This document shows positions 54,631-64,000 of a DNA stretch of 64,000 nt, piece after piece; position 1 is the stretch's first letter, and the number at the start of each line of letters is the position of its first letter. The DNA is taken from positions 128,001-192,000 of the forward strand of contig CAWIYV010000009.1 of NCBI GenBank assembly GCA_963840455.1, written 5' to 3'. The stretch comes from Nitrospirota bacterium. GTDB lineage: Bacteria; Nitrospirota; UBA9217. A model generated the notes under the pieces. It worked only from the letters and a program-made list of their open reading frames with translations, was not told the DNA's origin and ran no database searches. The position numbers were made by a program, and so were the translations under genes.

Positions 54631-56060
54631 CTCTTCCTGCCCAGAAGCCACGCGGCGAGCTTCACTGCAGGGTTGTTCCGGAGGCGGTCGATGTAATACC
54701 GCTTCGCCGGCTGGCGGACCACGTCGGTGTAGGTCGGGTAGATGTGGATCATCTGCGCGACAGCGGAGAAGGGGAGGTCGAGATGGCGAAGCAGCTGCGC
54801 CTCATGGATGATGTCGGCAGCCCGCTCGCCGAGGATATGGGCGCCCAGCAGCCGTCCGTCAGGGCCGATGATGTACTTCGCCAGACCCTGCTCGGTGCTG
54901 TCGGTCCGGCCTCTGTCCGTGTCGCCATAGGACCAGCGGTAGACCTGCACACGGTCCCCGTGGACCGCGCGGGCCTCATCTTCGGTCAGTCCCGCATGGG
55001 CCAGCTCCGGGTCGGTGAAGGTGCCCCATGCGACGGTGCGGTAGTTGATCTTCTTTCGGAAGGGCAGGAAGGCATTCCGCGTCGCGGTAACGGCCTGGTA
55101 CTCGGTCATGTGGCTGAAATAGTAGGGCCCGATGACATCGCCGCAGGCATAGATGTTCCTTGCCGTCGTGCGCAGGTAGTCGTCCACGATGATGCCCTTC
55201 GGTCCCCACCGGACGCCCGCTCGTTCCAGGTCCAGCCCCTCCACGTTCGGCTTCCTCCCCACGGCAACGAGGAGGGTGGCGGCGGTGAGGTCCATGCGCT
55301 TCCCGCCCTGCTCCACGGTGAGCACGACCCCGGTGCCGCCCGGTGCGGCACGGACAGCCTTCGCTTCCATGACGATCCTGACGCCCTCGGCAATAAGGCG
55401 GTCGGCGAGCATCCGGGCGAGCTCACGGTCTTCATGGCGGAGGATCGTGTCATATTTCGCCACCACCGTCGTCGCCACGCCGAGACGGCTGAAGGCCTGC
55501 GCCATCTCGATACCGACCGGCCCGGCGCCAAGCACCAGCAGGGATGCCGGCAGCTCTTCGATCTCGAAGAGGTTCTCGTTCGTGTAGTACGGGACCGAGG
55601 CAAGCCCCTCGAGGGGCGGCAGGGCTGCAGAACTGCCGGTGCAGAGCATGAACTTCTTCGACGACAGGACCTTCCCGTTCAGTTCGACGCGATGGTTATC
55701 GAGGAACCGGGGACTCCCGAAGAGGACATTGATGCCCGCCTTCTCGAAGACTGACGCTGGATGGCTGTCGTAGACCTTTTTGACCGCAGCCCGGGCGTAT
55801 GTCATGGCGTGCCTGCCTGACACGGCAATGCCGCCACCGGCCTCGAGGCCGTAGTCCCTGAGATGTTTGACGTGGTGCGCAACGGAAGCGGCCTTCAGCA
55901 GGGCTTTGCTCGGCACACAGCCGGCATTGGTGCATTCGCCGCCGAGCTTGTTCTTTTCGATCATGGCCGCCTTCTTGCCGAACCCGGCGGCGACCTTGGT
56001 GCTCACGAACCCGCCGGCGCCTGCGCCGATCGCGATGAGGTCATAATCATATCGCGGCAT
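54627..56060 (-). CDS. Class I pyridine nucleotide-disulfide oxidoreductase (MerA/Lpd-like, no C-terminal CC)
   Basis: GAGAGG, GGECTNAGCVPSK, GAGPVG.E, FTDPELA, HIYPT. Confidence 0.9.
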   Translation of the reverse strand: MPRYDYDLIAIGAGAGGFVSTKVAAGFGKKAAMIEKNKLGGECTNAGCVPSKALLKAASVAHHVKHLRDYGLEAGGGIAVSGRHAMTYARAAVKKVYDSHPASVFEKAGINVLFGSPRFLDNHRVELNGKVLSSKKFMLCTGSSAALPPLEGLASVPYYTNENLFEIEELPASLLVLGAGPVGIEMAQAFSRLGVATTVVAKYDTILRHEDRELARMLADRLIAEGVRIVMEAKAVRAAPGGTGVVLTVEQGGKRMDLTAATLLVAVGRKPNVEGLDLERAGVRWGPKGIIVDDYLRTTARNIYACGDVIGPYYFSHMTEYQAVTATRNAFLPFRKKINYRTVAWGTFTDPELAHAGLTEDEARAVHGDRVQVYRWSYGDTDRGRTDSTEQGLAKYIIGPDGRLLGAHILGERAADIIHEAQLLRHLDLPFSAVAQMIHIYPTYTDVVRQPAKRYYIDRLRNNPAVKLAAWLLGRKR

Positions 56061-56751
56061 CAGAACCCTCCAAAGATAAATGTGCGTCCTTGAACCCTGC
56101 AAGGAATGACATTGTCCGGGACAAACTGAATGCCGATCGCCTGCTGCGGGCCGCAAGGTCCTTCAGGTCTTCGATAGTGTCCACGTCCTGCCAGAGCGGG
56201 AGTTCGTGGACCCCCTGTCCGGCCTTTCCAAAGGCCTGCATCGTGGAACGGAAGACCGTGCCCGTGCTCCACGCGATCCCGGAAAACACCCCGGGAAAGA
56301 ACGTGTCGTTCCTGAATCCGATGAGGTAGTAGCCGCCGTCGCGCGCCGGACCGATCACTGCGTCATGCATATGCAAGGCTGCCAATGCTTCCTTGATGAG
56401 CTGAGCAGGGAGGTCCGGGATGTCACTGCCGATCAGGACCACCCGGGAGAAACCCCGGCTAAAGGCCTGGCGGAATGCATTCTCCATCCGTTCGCCCACG
56501 TCCCTGCCTTCCTGGGGCAGGTACTGCTGCTCCGGCCCCAACCAGCCGGCCACCGCGTTCCGGCTGTCAGGCGGATAATAGCAGATCATGACGGGTATGC
56601 CCGTCTGCTCCAGGGTATCGAGAATATCCTGGACGAATCGTTGGTACAGTTCGAGCGCTGCTTCCTCCCCCAGTGCCGCAGCCAGCCGGGTCTTGACCTG
56701 GCTTCTGGCCGGGGCCTTGACGAACAGGATTATGAGCGGTTGGTCAGCCAT
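56047..56751 (-). CDS. TIGR04282/DUF2064 family transferase (ArsS-cluster associated)
   Basis: KAP....VKTRL, Q.G.DVGERM, IGSDIP, GPARDGGYYLIG, DVDTIEDL. Confidence 0.88.
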   Translation of the reverse strand: MADQPLIILFVKAPARSQVKTRLAAALGEEAALELYQRFVQDILDTLEQTGIPVMICYYPPDSRNAVAGWLGPEQQYLPQEGRDVGERMENAFRQAFSRGFSRVVLIGSDIPDLPAQLIKEALAALHMHDAVIGPARDGGYYLIGFRNDTFFPGVFSGIAWSTGTVFRSTMQAFGKAGQGVHELPLWQDVDTIEDLKDLAARSRRSAFSLSRTMSFLAGFKDAHLSLEGSDAAI

Positions 56752-57028
56752 GCTGTGGACGGGTCTTGATAAAAAGAATTCCGCAGGAATATAACTTGAG
56801 TATTACACAAATGGAAGGCCAGTTCAAGGTCAATCCATCTCGAGGGAGCAAGGTCCATGCTTCGCGGTTTTCTGACGGGGATGGGACGAGCGACCTGGAG
56901 GGAAAAAGATCTGCAGACCGCCGGAAAAGGTGCTATAATTATCTCAAAGAGGATAGAATATATCCTGAATAAAGATTGGGAGTACAGTAAGTATGCGCAG
57001 CGGGAGCAGGTGAAATAAGGAGGCCGTC

Positions 57029-57346
57029 ATGGGAACCGTAAAAGACATAAAAAAGAACGAATATTGCGACGAGGTTCTGGGCGAGCTTGCGTATATGATC
57101 CAGACCGTTCATGATCTGCGGGAGATGTTGGGAACAACCTACGGGAAGGAAAGCAAATTGTTCCAGGAACATGATCGCCATCTCATCGATCTTGCAGAAT
57201 TCCTCGACTGGAAGCTCCAGATCCTGACCACGTCCTGCCCGTTCGAGTGGAAGGGACTGGGACCGGATGTGGAGAGCATCGTATCGGTCGGTCCGGCCGA
57301 AACAATACCAGGCCGCGACTTTTCCGGCGGATATCTCGGCGGTTAG
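57029..57346 (+). CDS. Hypothetical acidic protein
   Basis: AAGGAGG RBS, plausible helical protein. Confidence 0.7.
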   Translation: MGTVKDIKKNEYCDEVLGELAYMIQTVHDLREMLGTTYGKESKLFQEHDRHLIDLAEFLDWKLQILTTSCPFEWKGLGPDVESIVSVGPAETIPGRDFSGGYLGG

Positions 57347-57472
57347 TTCAGCTGATCATTGACCAGAACATGTTACCGGCCGGAGGATGGTGTTCATCCT
57401 TCGGCCTTTGTGGGTCAGCAGGAAGGAATTGATCTTCCCGGAGCCTTCCTGGGCCGAGAACGTGTAATGAAT

Positions 57473-57628
57473 TCACTTTCTGCGCGGGCAGTCGCGGATC
57501 GGGCAGGTCTCGCAGTTCTCATCATCATCCCGTTCAAAACCGAAAGGGATCTTTTCCCCGCATTGGCAGAGCCAGCCATCGGTCACCCGGGTCTTGAGAT
57601 CGTGTTCGCAGATAGGGCAGGTCAGCAT
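57473..57628 (-). CDS. Small Cys-rich protein, 51 aa (absent from ORF track)
   Basis: Hand translation MLTCPICEHDLKTRVTDGWLCQCGEKIPFGFERDDDENCETCPIRDCPRRK; GGAGG RBS. Confidence 0.65.
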   Translation of the reverse strand: MLTCPICEHDLKTRVTDGWLCQCGEKIPFGFERDDDENCETCPIRDCPRRK

Positions 57629-57724
57629 GGAGACAGCCTCCATGCTCATGGTACTCCGAACACCGGACGGGCGGTATGATATATATCACAGCTGATGATC
57701 AACGACGAGAGGGGCGAACATGCG

Positions 57725-58318
57725 TCACAAGGACCTCAACCGCTCCCGGAAAACCTCGATAGGCTGGGCGCCCACGATGCGGTTGGCATTGTTGATGATG
57801 AAGGTAGGGGCCGCGGTGACACCGAGGCCGGCAGCCTCCTCTTTTACCTTATCCAGCTGCTTCCGGTATTTGCCCGTTTCCAGGGCGCTCCTCAATGCCG
57901 CTGTACCCAGTCTTGAACCTTTCCCTATTTGCTCCAGGACAACCATGTCCCCGATGTCCTTTCCTTGGGAGAAGTATGTTTCGAAGACCGCATGGTGGAA
58001 CTCATCGAACCGGCCCTGCTCTTTGGCGAACTCTCCGGCCTCAAGGGACAGCCTCGAATTCGAGATGTTCACGATCTTCTGGAAGGTGAGGTCGAAGGGA
58101 GCGCCCATGCTGTTCAGGCGCCTGGTCATACCATCCACGTCCGCGCGGGGGAACATCTTGATGAGAGGCATGCCCTCAGGCGGCGTCTCGGGATGGATCT
58201 CGAAACCCAGCCACTCGATAGCCAGGTCGAACTCCTTTTTCAACTTGTCGACAAGACCCATGCCGATGTAACAATAGGGTCAGATGTAGTCGGAAAAGAT
58301 GCGGATATGAATGGTCAT
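57725..58318 (-). CDS. DsbA/FrnE-family oxidoreductase, probable selenoprotein (UxxC)
   Basis: RBS-preceded ATG gives MTIHIRIFSDYI-TGA-PYCYIG in frame with the 178-aa ORF (FEIHPETP, GVTAAPTF, GAQP). Confidence 0.85.
58248..58266 (-). promoter_or_regulatory. Candidate bacterial SECIS hairpin
   Basis: UCGGCA-UGGGUCU-UGUCGA begins 13 nt after the UGA; G-rich apical loop. Confidence 0.5.
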
Positions 58319-58331
58319 CAATCCCTCCCGG

Positions 58332-59042
58332 TCATTTGTAGACCTCTATATATTCCAGGTACGATACCGAGCTCTCCCCGGTGTTGTCCGAGTCGTTCAT
58401 AATGGCGATCCGCGCGCGTGCAGGTGGTTTCGATTTGAAAGCCTTCTGGTAGTCCGCCAGAATGTCGATCTCTTCGTCCACCCACGTGCCGGCCTTTGCC
58501 AGGCCTTTCTCGAGCAGGACCATCATGGCCCTCTCGGTATAAGGGCTGATGATGAAGGTTTCTGGGTCGTCCTTGCTGGACCAGACATAGCTCAGGCTGC
58601 TGTGGGGCGGATACTCGCCGTAGAGCGCCTTGGCGAAGCCGTATTTGATGCGCTCGAAGGCGCCTGCCTTTTCGGGGTCATACTCGAACATGATGTACAC
58701 CCGGATCGGGTAGTCGTCGCCTTCTTTGGACCTCACGTCCGCCCTGGCGTAGATATTCCTCACCTTCCAGCGCCATTTTACTCGTGGATAATCATAGACG
58801 TCAAAAACATCCTTGTACACAATGGCCGAGGCAGAGGCATGGCTCTCGGCCCTGAGGACGGGCTTGTCGCCGTCGCGCTCGATGGTGTAGGTCGAGTGGC
58901 TCTTGATCTTGGGAAAGAAGAAGGGCTTCCAGTCGTCGAGAGAGCTGAAATCCTCGCGGAAGAGGACCTGCCGGTCGCCTGCAGAAGCGGGCGATGACGC
59001 GAAAAGAAAGGCCAGCGTACAGATGAGCACGCTCAGGTTCAT
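58332..59042 (-). CDS. DUF3047 family secreted protein
   Basis: Signal peptide; WRWKV, K.GDDYP.RVY, LSYVWS, AIMNDSDNT. Confidence 0.88.
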   Translation of the reverse strand: MNLSVLICTLAFLFASSPASAGDRQVLFREDFSSLDDWKPFFFPKIKSHSTYTIERDGDKPVLRAESHASASAIVYKDVFDVYDYPRVKWRWKVRNIYARADVRSKEGDDYPIRVYIMFEYDPEKAGAFERIKYGFAKALYGEYPPHSSLSYVWSSKDDPETFIISPYTERAMMVLLEKGLAKAGTWVDEEIDILADYQKAFKSKPPARARIAIMNDSDNTGESSVSYLEYIEVYK

Positions 59043-59063
59043 GGTCTACCTTCCTGCCGTACC

Positions 59064-60047
59064 TCAGGCCGTCGAGCCGGTGCAGGTGGAGCCGCGGCCC
59101 GCGGTGCAGCCGTAGCAGTGGTCGCCGACGCGGATCGTCCTACAGGCGAGTGCGTTGTAGGAAAAATTTCGGATATGCGCAGGAACAGCCGGGCCCACGG
59201 CCAGGCCGAGGACCTGGTTGAAATCGCAGTCATAGAGCCTGCCGTCCCAGCCCACGCTCAGCAGGGTGCGGCACATGACGCCGTCGAGCGTCGCGGGATT
59301 GAAGGAACAGGCGAGCAGGTCCCGGTAGCGCTCCAGTTCACCGGAACGGGCGAGCCGGTCATGGAACCGCCCGATGGGCATGTTGGTGAGGGCGAAGAGG
59401 GTGCTGAACGAGACGCCATAGCGGTCGCGCAGCTCGCGCCGGTAGTCCTGTTCCAGGGCCCCCTGGTGCGGAGGGAGAAACGGGCCCGCGGGGTTGTAGA
59501 CGAGATGGAGCAGCCGTCCGCCGGGCATGCCGTAACCGAGGCTGTTCAGCGTCCGGAGCGATGTGATGCATTTCGAGAAGGTGCCGCTACCGCGCATGGC
59601 ATCGACATTGACTTGCTGGTAGCAGGGCAGTGAGGCGATGAGTTCTACGTCCTGGTCCCGGTAAAAGACCGGCAGGTCCTCCATCCCGGGTTCGTGCAGG
59701 ACTGTCAGGTTGGTACGGATGAGGACATGTTTCCCGAGCCGGCGCGCGGAACCGACAAAACGACGGAAATGGGCGTTCAGCTCCGGTGCCCCGCCGGTCA
59801 TATCGACGATGGAGATGGGGCTGCTGTCGAGCGCCCGAAGGACCGCATCGACGGTACTTCCGTCCATGACCTCTGTCCGGCCGGGGCCGGCCGCGACATG
59901 GCAATGTGAACAGGAAAGATTGCAGCGGTAGCCCACATTGACCTGAAGTGTCTTGATGCCCTGCGCGGTGAGCGGTTCTCGGTGGAGGGACAGGACCGTC
60001 TCATGGAATGGCCCGCGGGGGCGCGGTTGAGGCTTAAGGATGATCAT
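59064..60047 (-). CDS. arsS: Radical SAM / Cys-rich protein, ArsS-like
   Basis: LQVNVGYRCNLSCSHCHV, TGGAPELN, ASLPCY, MCR, YDCDFNQ, HCYGCTAG.GS.C. Confidence 0.88.
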   Translation of the reverse strand: MIILKPQPRPRGPFHETVLSLHREPLTAQGIKTLQVNVGYRCNLSCSHCHVAAGPGRTEVMDGSTVDAVLRALDSSPISIVDMTGGAPELNAHFRRFVGSARRLGKHVLIRTNLTVLHEPGMEDLPVFYRDQDVELIASLPCYQQVNVDAMRGSGTFSKCITSLRTLNSLGYGMPGGRLLHLVYNPAGPFLPPHQGALEQDYRRELRDRYGVSFSTLFALTNMPIGRFHDRLARSGELERYRDLLACSFNPATLDGVMCRTLLSVGWDGRLYDCDFNQVLGLAVGPAVPAHIRNFSYNALACRTIRVGDHCYGCTAGRGSTCTGSTA

Positions 60048-60216
60048 GGTGTATGATGACTCCGATGCCGGGTAGTGATCATGGCTTGCAGAATGCCCGC
60101 AGATTCATCATAATATACCACAGTCGGTAAGGCGTTCGCCACACAAGGTAGCTTTAACCGCTCACCGGAAGACCCGCGTCTGGCACCGGAGTAAGGGGCA
60201 AGGAGTGCGACATTTC

Positions 60217-60244
60217 TTGACACGACTCCCCTGTGTGCTATCCT
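60217..60244 (+). promoter_or_regulatory. Possible sigma70 promoter of the gnd operon
   Basis: TTGACA-N16-TATCCT with a TG extension. Confidence 0.4.
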
Positions 60245-60322
60245 TAAATAGAGGAGAGCGCATTCCACGCAACATGCTGAAGGATCTGCAATAATAAGCG
60301 CATGGGGCTTTTTGATGGAAAA

Positions 60323-60477
60323 TTGAATCTCTCCGCAGCAAGCCGCAGGGAATTTTCGATCCTCAGGGCAGCATGTTTATCCTCATCGCTCGCTAACCCC
60401 CTGCACTCGCGGTTCCACTCGTAAACGCTGGGGGCAGGACCCCGCAGCAAGCTATGGGGAATGCGCTCCTGGATTCA
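60323..60477. repeat. Double-hairpin repeat, reverse orientation, carrying a 39-bp insert
   Basis: TTGAA..CCGCAGCAAGCCGCAGGGAATTTTCGATCCTCAGGG...CCCCGCAGCAAGCTATGGGGAATGCGCTCCTGGATTCA. Confidence 0.85.
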
Positions 60478-60551
60478 CGAGCAGTGATGTGTGTCGTGAC
60501 TGCGCTGTACTGACGATCCTGCCGTACTCGGAAGGCTACGAGGGTGAAACT

Positions 60552-61451
60552 ATGAAGCTCGGATACATTGGTTTGGGAAAGATGGGTTCCAGCATGGTGG
60601 AACGGCTGCTCGAAAAAGGCCACGACGTCATTGCCTTCGACCGCAATGTTGACGCTGCTCAAGATGTGAAAAAGAAAGGCGGGAGGGCCGCGGATACCCT
60701 GGGGTCGCTGATCGCAGCGCTGACGCCTTTCCGTCTGGTCTGGATCATGGTGCCCTACCAGGCGGTCGATAGTGTGCTGCGGGAGATCGCTCCGCTCCTT
60801 GCAGCGGGAGATGTGGTGATCGATGGAGGCAATTCACCCTACGAGGAATCGATCCGCCGCGCACAAGAGCTTGAGGCACGGGGCATCGACTTCCTTGATG
60901 CAGGCGTGAGCGGCGGCCCGGCAGGTGCACGGAACGGCGCATGCATCATGGTCGGAGGAAAAAAAGAAGTCTATCAGAGATGCGAAGCATTGTTCCGTGA
61001 CCTTGCCGTTCCCAGTGGCTACGGCTACATGGGCAGGTCCGGTGCAGGCCATTTTGTGAAAATGGTCCATAACGGGATCGAATACGGCATGATGCAGGCG
61101 CTGGCGGAAGGCTTCGCGGTCATGAAGGCGGCTGATTTCAGGCTGGACCTCGCGAAGATAGCCGACGTTTACAATCACCGGAGTGTGGTCGAATCGCGGC
61201 TCCTGGGCTGGCTGCAGAGCGCTTTTCTCCAGTATGGAGCGGACTTCACGGGGATCTCGGGTTCCGTGGCGCAGAGCGGGGAAGGGCTCTGGACCGTCGA
61301 AGCAGGGAAAAAGCTTGGTGTACCCACACCGATCATCGAGGCCGCTCTCGACTTTCGCATCCGGTCACAGGAGCACCCGAGCTATACAGGAAAGGTCCTC
61401 TCGGCGATGCGGAACCAGTTCGGTGGCCACGACGTGAAAGTAAAAAAATAG
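60552..61451 (+). CDS. gnd: 6-phosphogluconate dehydrogenase (short type)
   Basis: IGLGKMG, IDGGNS, DAGVSGG, GHFVKMVHNGIEYG, MRNQFGGH. Confidence 0.96.
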   Translation: MKLGYIGLGKMGSSMVERLLEKGHDVIAFDRNVDAAQDVKKKGGRAADTLGSLIAALTPFRLVWIMVPYQAVDSVLREIAPLLAAGDVVIDGGNSPYEESIRRAQELEARGIDFLDAGVSGGPAGARNGACIMVGGKKEVYQRCEALFRDLAVPSGYGYMGRSGAGHFVKMVHNGIEYGMMQALAEGFAVMKAADFRLDLAKIADVYNHRSVVESRLLGWLQSAFLQYGADFTGISGSVAQSGEGLWTVEAGKKLGVPTPIIEAALDFRIRSQEHPSYTGKVLSAMRNQFGGHDVKVKK

Positions 61452-61550
61452 CCGGGCATGCGCAGCCTGCCCGAGAGCGGGAAGGCGACACGTGCTGCCC
61501 GGTTGTGAGAACCTGAGAAATACCATTGCGTATAAGGTAAAGGAGCTGCT

Positions 61551-62414
61551 ATGAGACCACAACATCTAAAAACGAGGCTGTTCCTGGACGGCGGGGATCC
61601 GGGGGAGACGAGGGCCGTGCTCTCGCAGCTCGGTTTCCTCGACGGCCAGACCACGAATCCCACGCTCATCTCAAAGAACCCCGACGCGCGCAGGAAACTC
61701 GAGCAAGGGAAGAAGTTCACGCCCGGGGAAATCCTAACGTTCTACCGCGGCGTGGTCAACACGATCTCCGGCCTGCTTCCCAGCGGATCGGTCTCCGTCG
61801 AGGTCTATGCCGATAAGACGACGACCGCCGAGAAGATGCTGGCGCAGGGAAGGGAGATGTTCGGCTGGGTCCCGAACGCTCACGTCAAATTCCCGACGTC
61901 CCGCGAAGGGCTGAAGGCCGCGCATGAGGCGGTCAAGGCAGGCCTTCGGGTCAATATGACGCTTGTGTTCTCCCAGGAACAGGCGGCTGCAGTGTATGCG
62001 GCGACAGCCGGCGCGAAAAAAGGACAGGTGTTCCTTTCGCCGTTCATCGGCAGGCTGGACGACCGCGGCGAGAACGGCATGGACCTTATCGCGAACATCA
62101 TCAGGATGTACCAACAGGGCGACGGCCATGTGGAGGTGCTGACCGCGAGCGTGAGGAGCATGGACCATTTCCTGTATGCGCTCAAGCTCGGCTCGGATAT
62201 TATCACTGCTCCTTTTGACATCCTCAAGCTCTGGGGGGAGAAGGGGCTTTCGCTCCCCGGCGCCGGCTATTCCTATGACGTGAAGGGGCTGAGGCCGATC
62301 CCGTACCGGGACATCGGCCTTGCGAAGGCCTGGGACTCCTACGATATCCGCCACGAGCTGACGGACAAAGGCATGGAAAGGTTCTCGGCGGACTGGAACG
62401 CCCTGATCGGGTGA
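61551..62414 (+). CDS. tal: Transaldolase family protein
   Basis: [35 protein letters not shown]. Confidence 0.93.
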   Translation: MRPQHLKTRLFLDGGDPGETRAVLSQLGFLDGQTTNPTLISKNPDARRKLEQGKKFTPGEILTFYRGVVNTISGLLPSGSVSVEVYADKTTTAEKMLAQGREMFGWVPNAHVKFPTSREGLKAAHEAVKAGLRVNMTLVFSQEQAAAVYAATAGAKKGQVFLSPFIGRLDDRGENGMDLIANIIRMYQQGDGHVEVLTASVRSMDHFLYALKLGSDIITAPFDILKLWGEKGLSLPGAGYSYDVKGLRPIPYRDIGLAKAWDSYDIRHELTDKGMERFSADWNALIG

Positions 62415-62418
62415 TCCG

Positions 62419-63948
62419 ATGAAAAACACGCCCCCGTCCTATCGAACCGTCAATACCTGCGAGATACAGATACCAGGACCATGCTGCCTGGTCATCTTCG
62501 GCGCGTCAGGCGATCTCACCAAGAGGAAGCTGATGCCCTCCCTCTACCTCCTTCATAAGAACCGCGTGCTTCCGGACAGGTTCTTCATACTTGGGACGGG
62601 CAGGGAGAAAATGACCTCAGAGCAATTCCGGGCCGCCATGCTTGCGCCGGTGCAGGATGCATATCATAAGGAATTCGATCAGCATGCATGGCAGGTATTC
62701 TCCCATAAGCTCTACTATTCTCCGATAGATTATGCAAATGAAGCGTCCTATGCCGCGGGTCTTCGCGACAAGCTCCCGTCGCTGGAACGGGAGCACCAGA
62801 CCGGCGGAACGCGGATATTCTACCTCGCTGTCCCTCCGACCGTGTTCGAAGACATCATCAACAATCTCGGCTCCACAGGGCTATCGGGAGAGGAACAGGG
62901 AAACAGCAGGATCGTTATCGAGAAACCGTTCGGCCGGGACCTCGCATCATCCTGTCAATTGAACATCGTTCTGCAAAAGCATTTTCGGGAACGCCAGGTC
63001 TACCGGATCGACCATTACCTCGCCAAGGAAACGGTCCAGAACATCCTGATGTTCCGCTTCGCCAATTCCATCTTCGAGCCGCTCTGGAACCGGCGCTACA
63101 TCGACCATGTCCAGATCACGGTCGCGGAGACCCTGGGGGTGGAGCACCGGGCAGGGTACTACGAGAAGGCGGGTGTTCTCCGTGACATGTTCCAGAATCA
63201 CTTGTTCCAGCTGCTGGCGGTCATTGCCATGGAGCCGCCGCCGGCGTTCGAGGCAGACTTTGTGCGGGATGAGAAGTCCAAGGTGTTTCGGTCAGTCCGT
63301 CCCTGGCCGCTCGATCATCTGGACGAGTTCGTCGTCATCGGACAGTATGGTACGGGAACGATCGATGCATCTCCGGTCCCCGGCTACCGCGAAGAGACTG
63401 GAGTCTCGATAAAATCGGCAACGCCAACGTTCGCGGCGATGAAGATATTTATTGATAACTGGAGGTGGAATGGTGTGCCGTTCTACCTGCGGTCCGGGAA
63501 ACGGCTGACCAGCCTGGCAACGGAAATAGCTATTCACTTCAAGCAGGTCCCGCACGCTATGTTCCCCGAGACGGTCGGTGCTTCGATCGACCCGAACACG
63601 CTGGTGCTCCGTATTCAACCTGACGAAGGGGTGAGCTTGATGTACCAGACCAAGACGCCGGGGTCCAAGGTGTGCCTCACCCCCGTGATCATGGATTACT
63701 CCTATCCCCGCAGCATGGAACTCTCTGCATACGAGTGGGTGCTGCTCGACTGCATGCAGGGAGACCAGATGCTGTTCACCAGCCAGGATTGGGTCGAACG
63801 GGCCTGGTCGCTCCTCACGCCGGTCATAGAGAAACTTGAGCAAACCGTGACCGCGGAGACGATCCCGCTCTATGCTGCCGGTTCGGCAGGCCCACCCGAG
63901 GCCGCGAGGCTTCTTTCGCGGGACAACAGGCAGTGGAGGCCGCTTTGA
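62419..63948 (+). CDS. zwf: Glucose-6-phosphate 1-dehydrogenase
   Basis: [41 protein letters not shown]. Confidence 0.97.
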   Translation: MKNTPPSYRTVNTCEIQIPGPCCLVIFGASGDLTKRKLMPSLYLLHKNRVLPDRFFILGTGREKMTSEQFRAAMLAPVQDAYHKEFDQHAWQVFSHKLYYSPIDYANEASYAAGLRDKLPSLEREHQTGGTRIFYLAVPPTVFEDIINNLGSTGLSGEEQGNSRIVIEKPFGRDLASSCQLNIVLQKHFRERQVYRIDHYLAKETVQNILMFRFANSIFEPLWNRRYIDHVQITVAETLGVEHRAGYYEKAGVLRDMFQNHLFQLLAVIAMEPPPAFEADFVRDEKSKVFRSVRPWPLDHLDEFVVIGQYGTGTIDASPVPGYREETGVSIKSATPTFAAMKIFIDNWRWNGVPFYLRSGKRLTSLATEIAIHFKQVPHAMFPETVGASIDPNTLVLRIQPDEGVSLMYQTKTPGSKVCLTPVIMDYSYPRSMELSAYEWVLLDCMQGDQMLFTSQDWVERAWSLLTPVIEKLEQTVTAETIPLYAAGSAGPPEAARLLSRDNRQWRPL

Positions 63949-64000
63949 GCGCGCCTTCCGGCCGCAACGTCCGCGTGTTCCGGGACCTGGCGTCGCTCAG
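63945..64000 (+). CDS. pgl: Probable 6-phosphogluconolactonase, 5' end only
   Basis: TTGA overlap with the zwf stop; [18 protein letters not shown]; usual position after zwf. Confidence 0.55.
   Translation, partial: MSAPSGRNVRVFRDLASL

Noticed and set aside
54627-56060. True mercuric reductase MerA
   Set aside because: Lacks the C-terminal vicinal Cys pair and NmerA domain; no mer operon
59064-59110. Sec read-through at the ArsS C-terminus
   Set aside because: The GSxC position is already Cys and the TGA falls at the normal end of the protein
60110-60210. Riboswitch upstream of arsS
   Set aside because: Some GC pairing, but no recognisable SAM, cobalamin or other aptamer consensus

Overview
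GC-rich (roughly 60% by eye) bacterial chromosome segment. Gene content (rubrerythrin/rubredoxin, MqnP-type prenyltransferase, Geobacter-like porin-cytochrome genes, sigma54 promoters, V-type ATPase subunit) suggests an anaerobe of the Nitrospirota/Desulfobacterota type (inference). Main blocks: a PerR-led oxidative-stress cluster (1-3.2 kb); lipid and peptidase genes with pepN (7-17 kb); a periplasmic-binding-protein/MCP/CheW operon divergent from a cysQ-sat/cysC-chrA-sulfotransferase operon, each with a candidate sigma54 promoter (17-26 kb); an orphan V-ATPase subunit I; an AT-richer extracellular-electron-transfer island (35-45.5 kb); core genes dprA-smg-topA-xerC-hslVU-argB; an ArsS-type radical SAM cluster containing a probable Sec-DsbA selenoprotein; and gnd-tal-zwf-pgl. 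Intergenic DNA holds many small palindromic elements. These include a ~110-bp double-hairpin family at 8 loci (one a 109-bp tandem array) with IS200/IS605-like ends, and short-period inverted repeats, one pair of which brackets a GxxExxY nuclease gene. Several single-base frameshifts are probably assembly errors. No rRNA, tRNA, CRISPR array, reverse transcriptase or transposase gene was seen.
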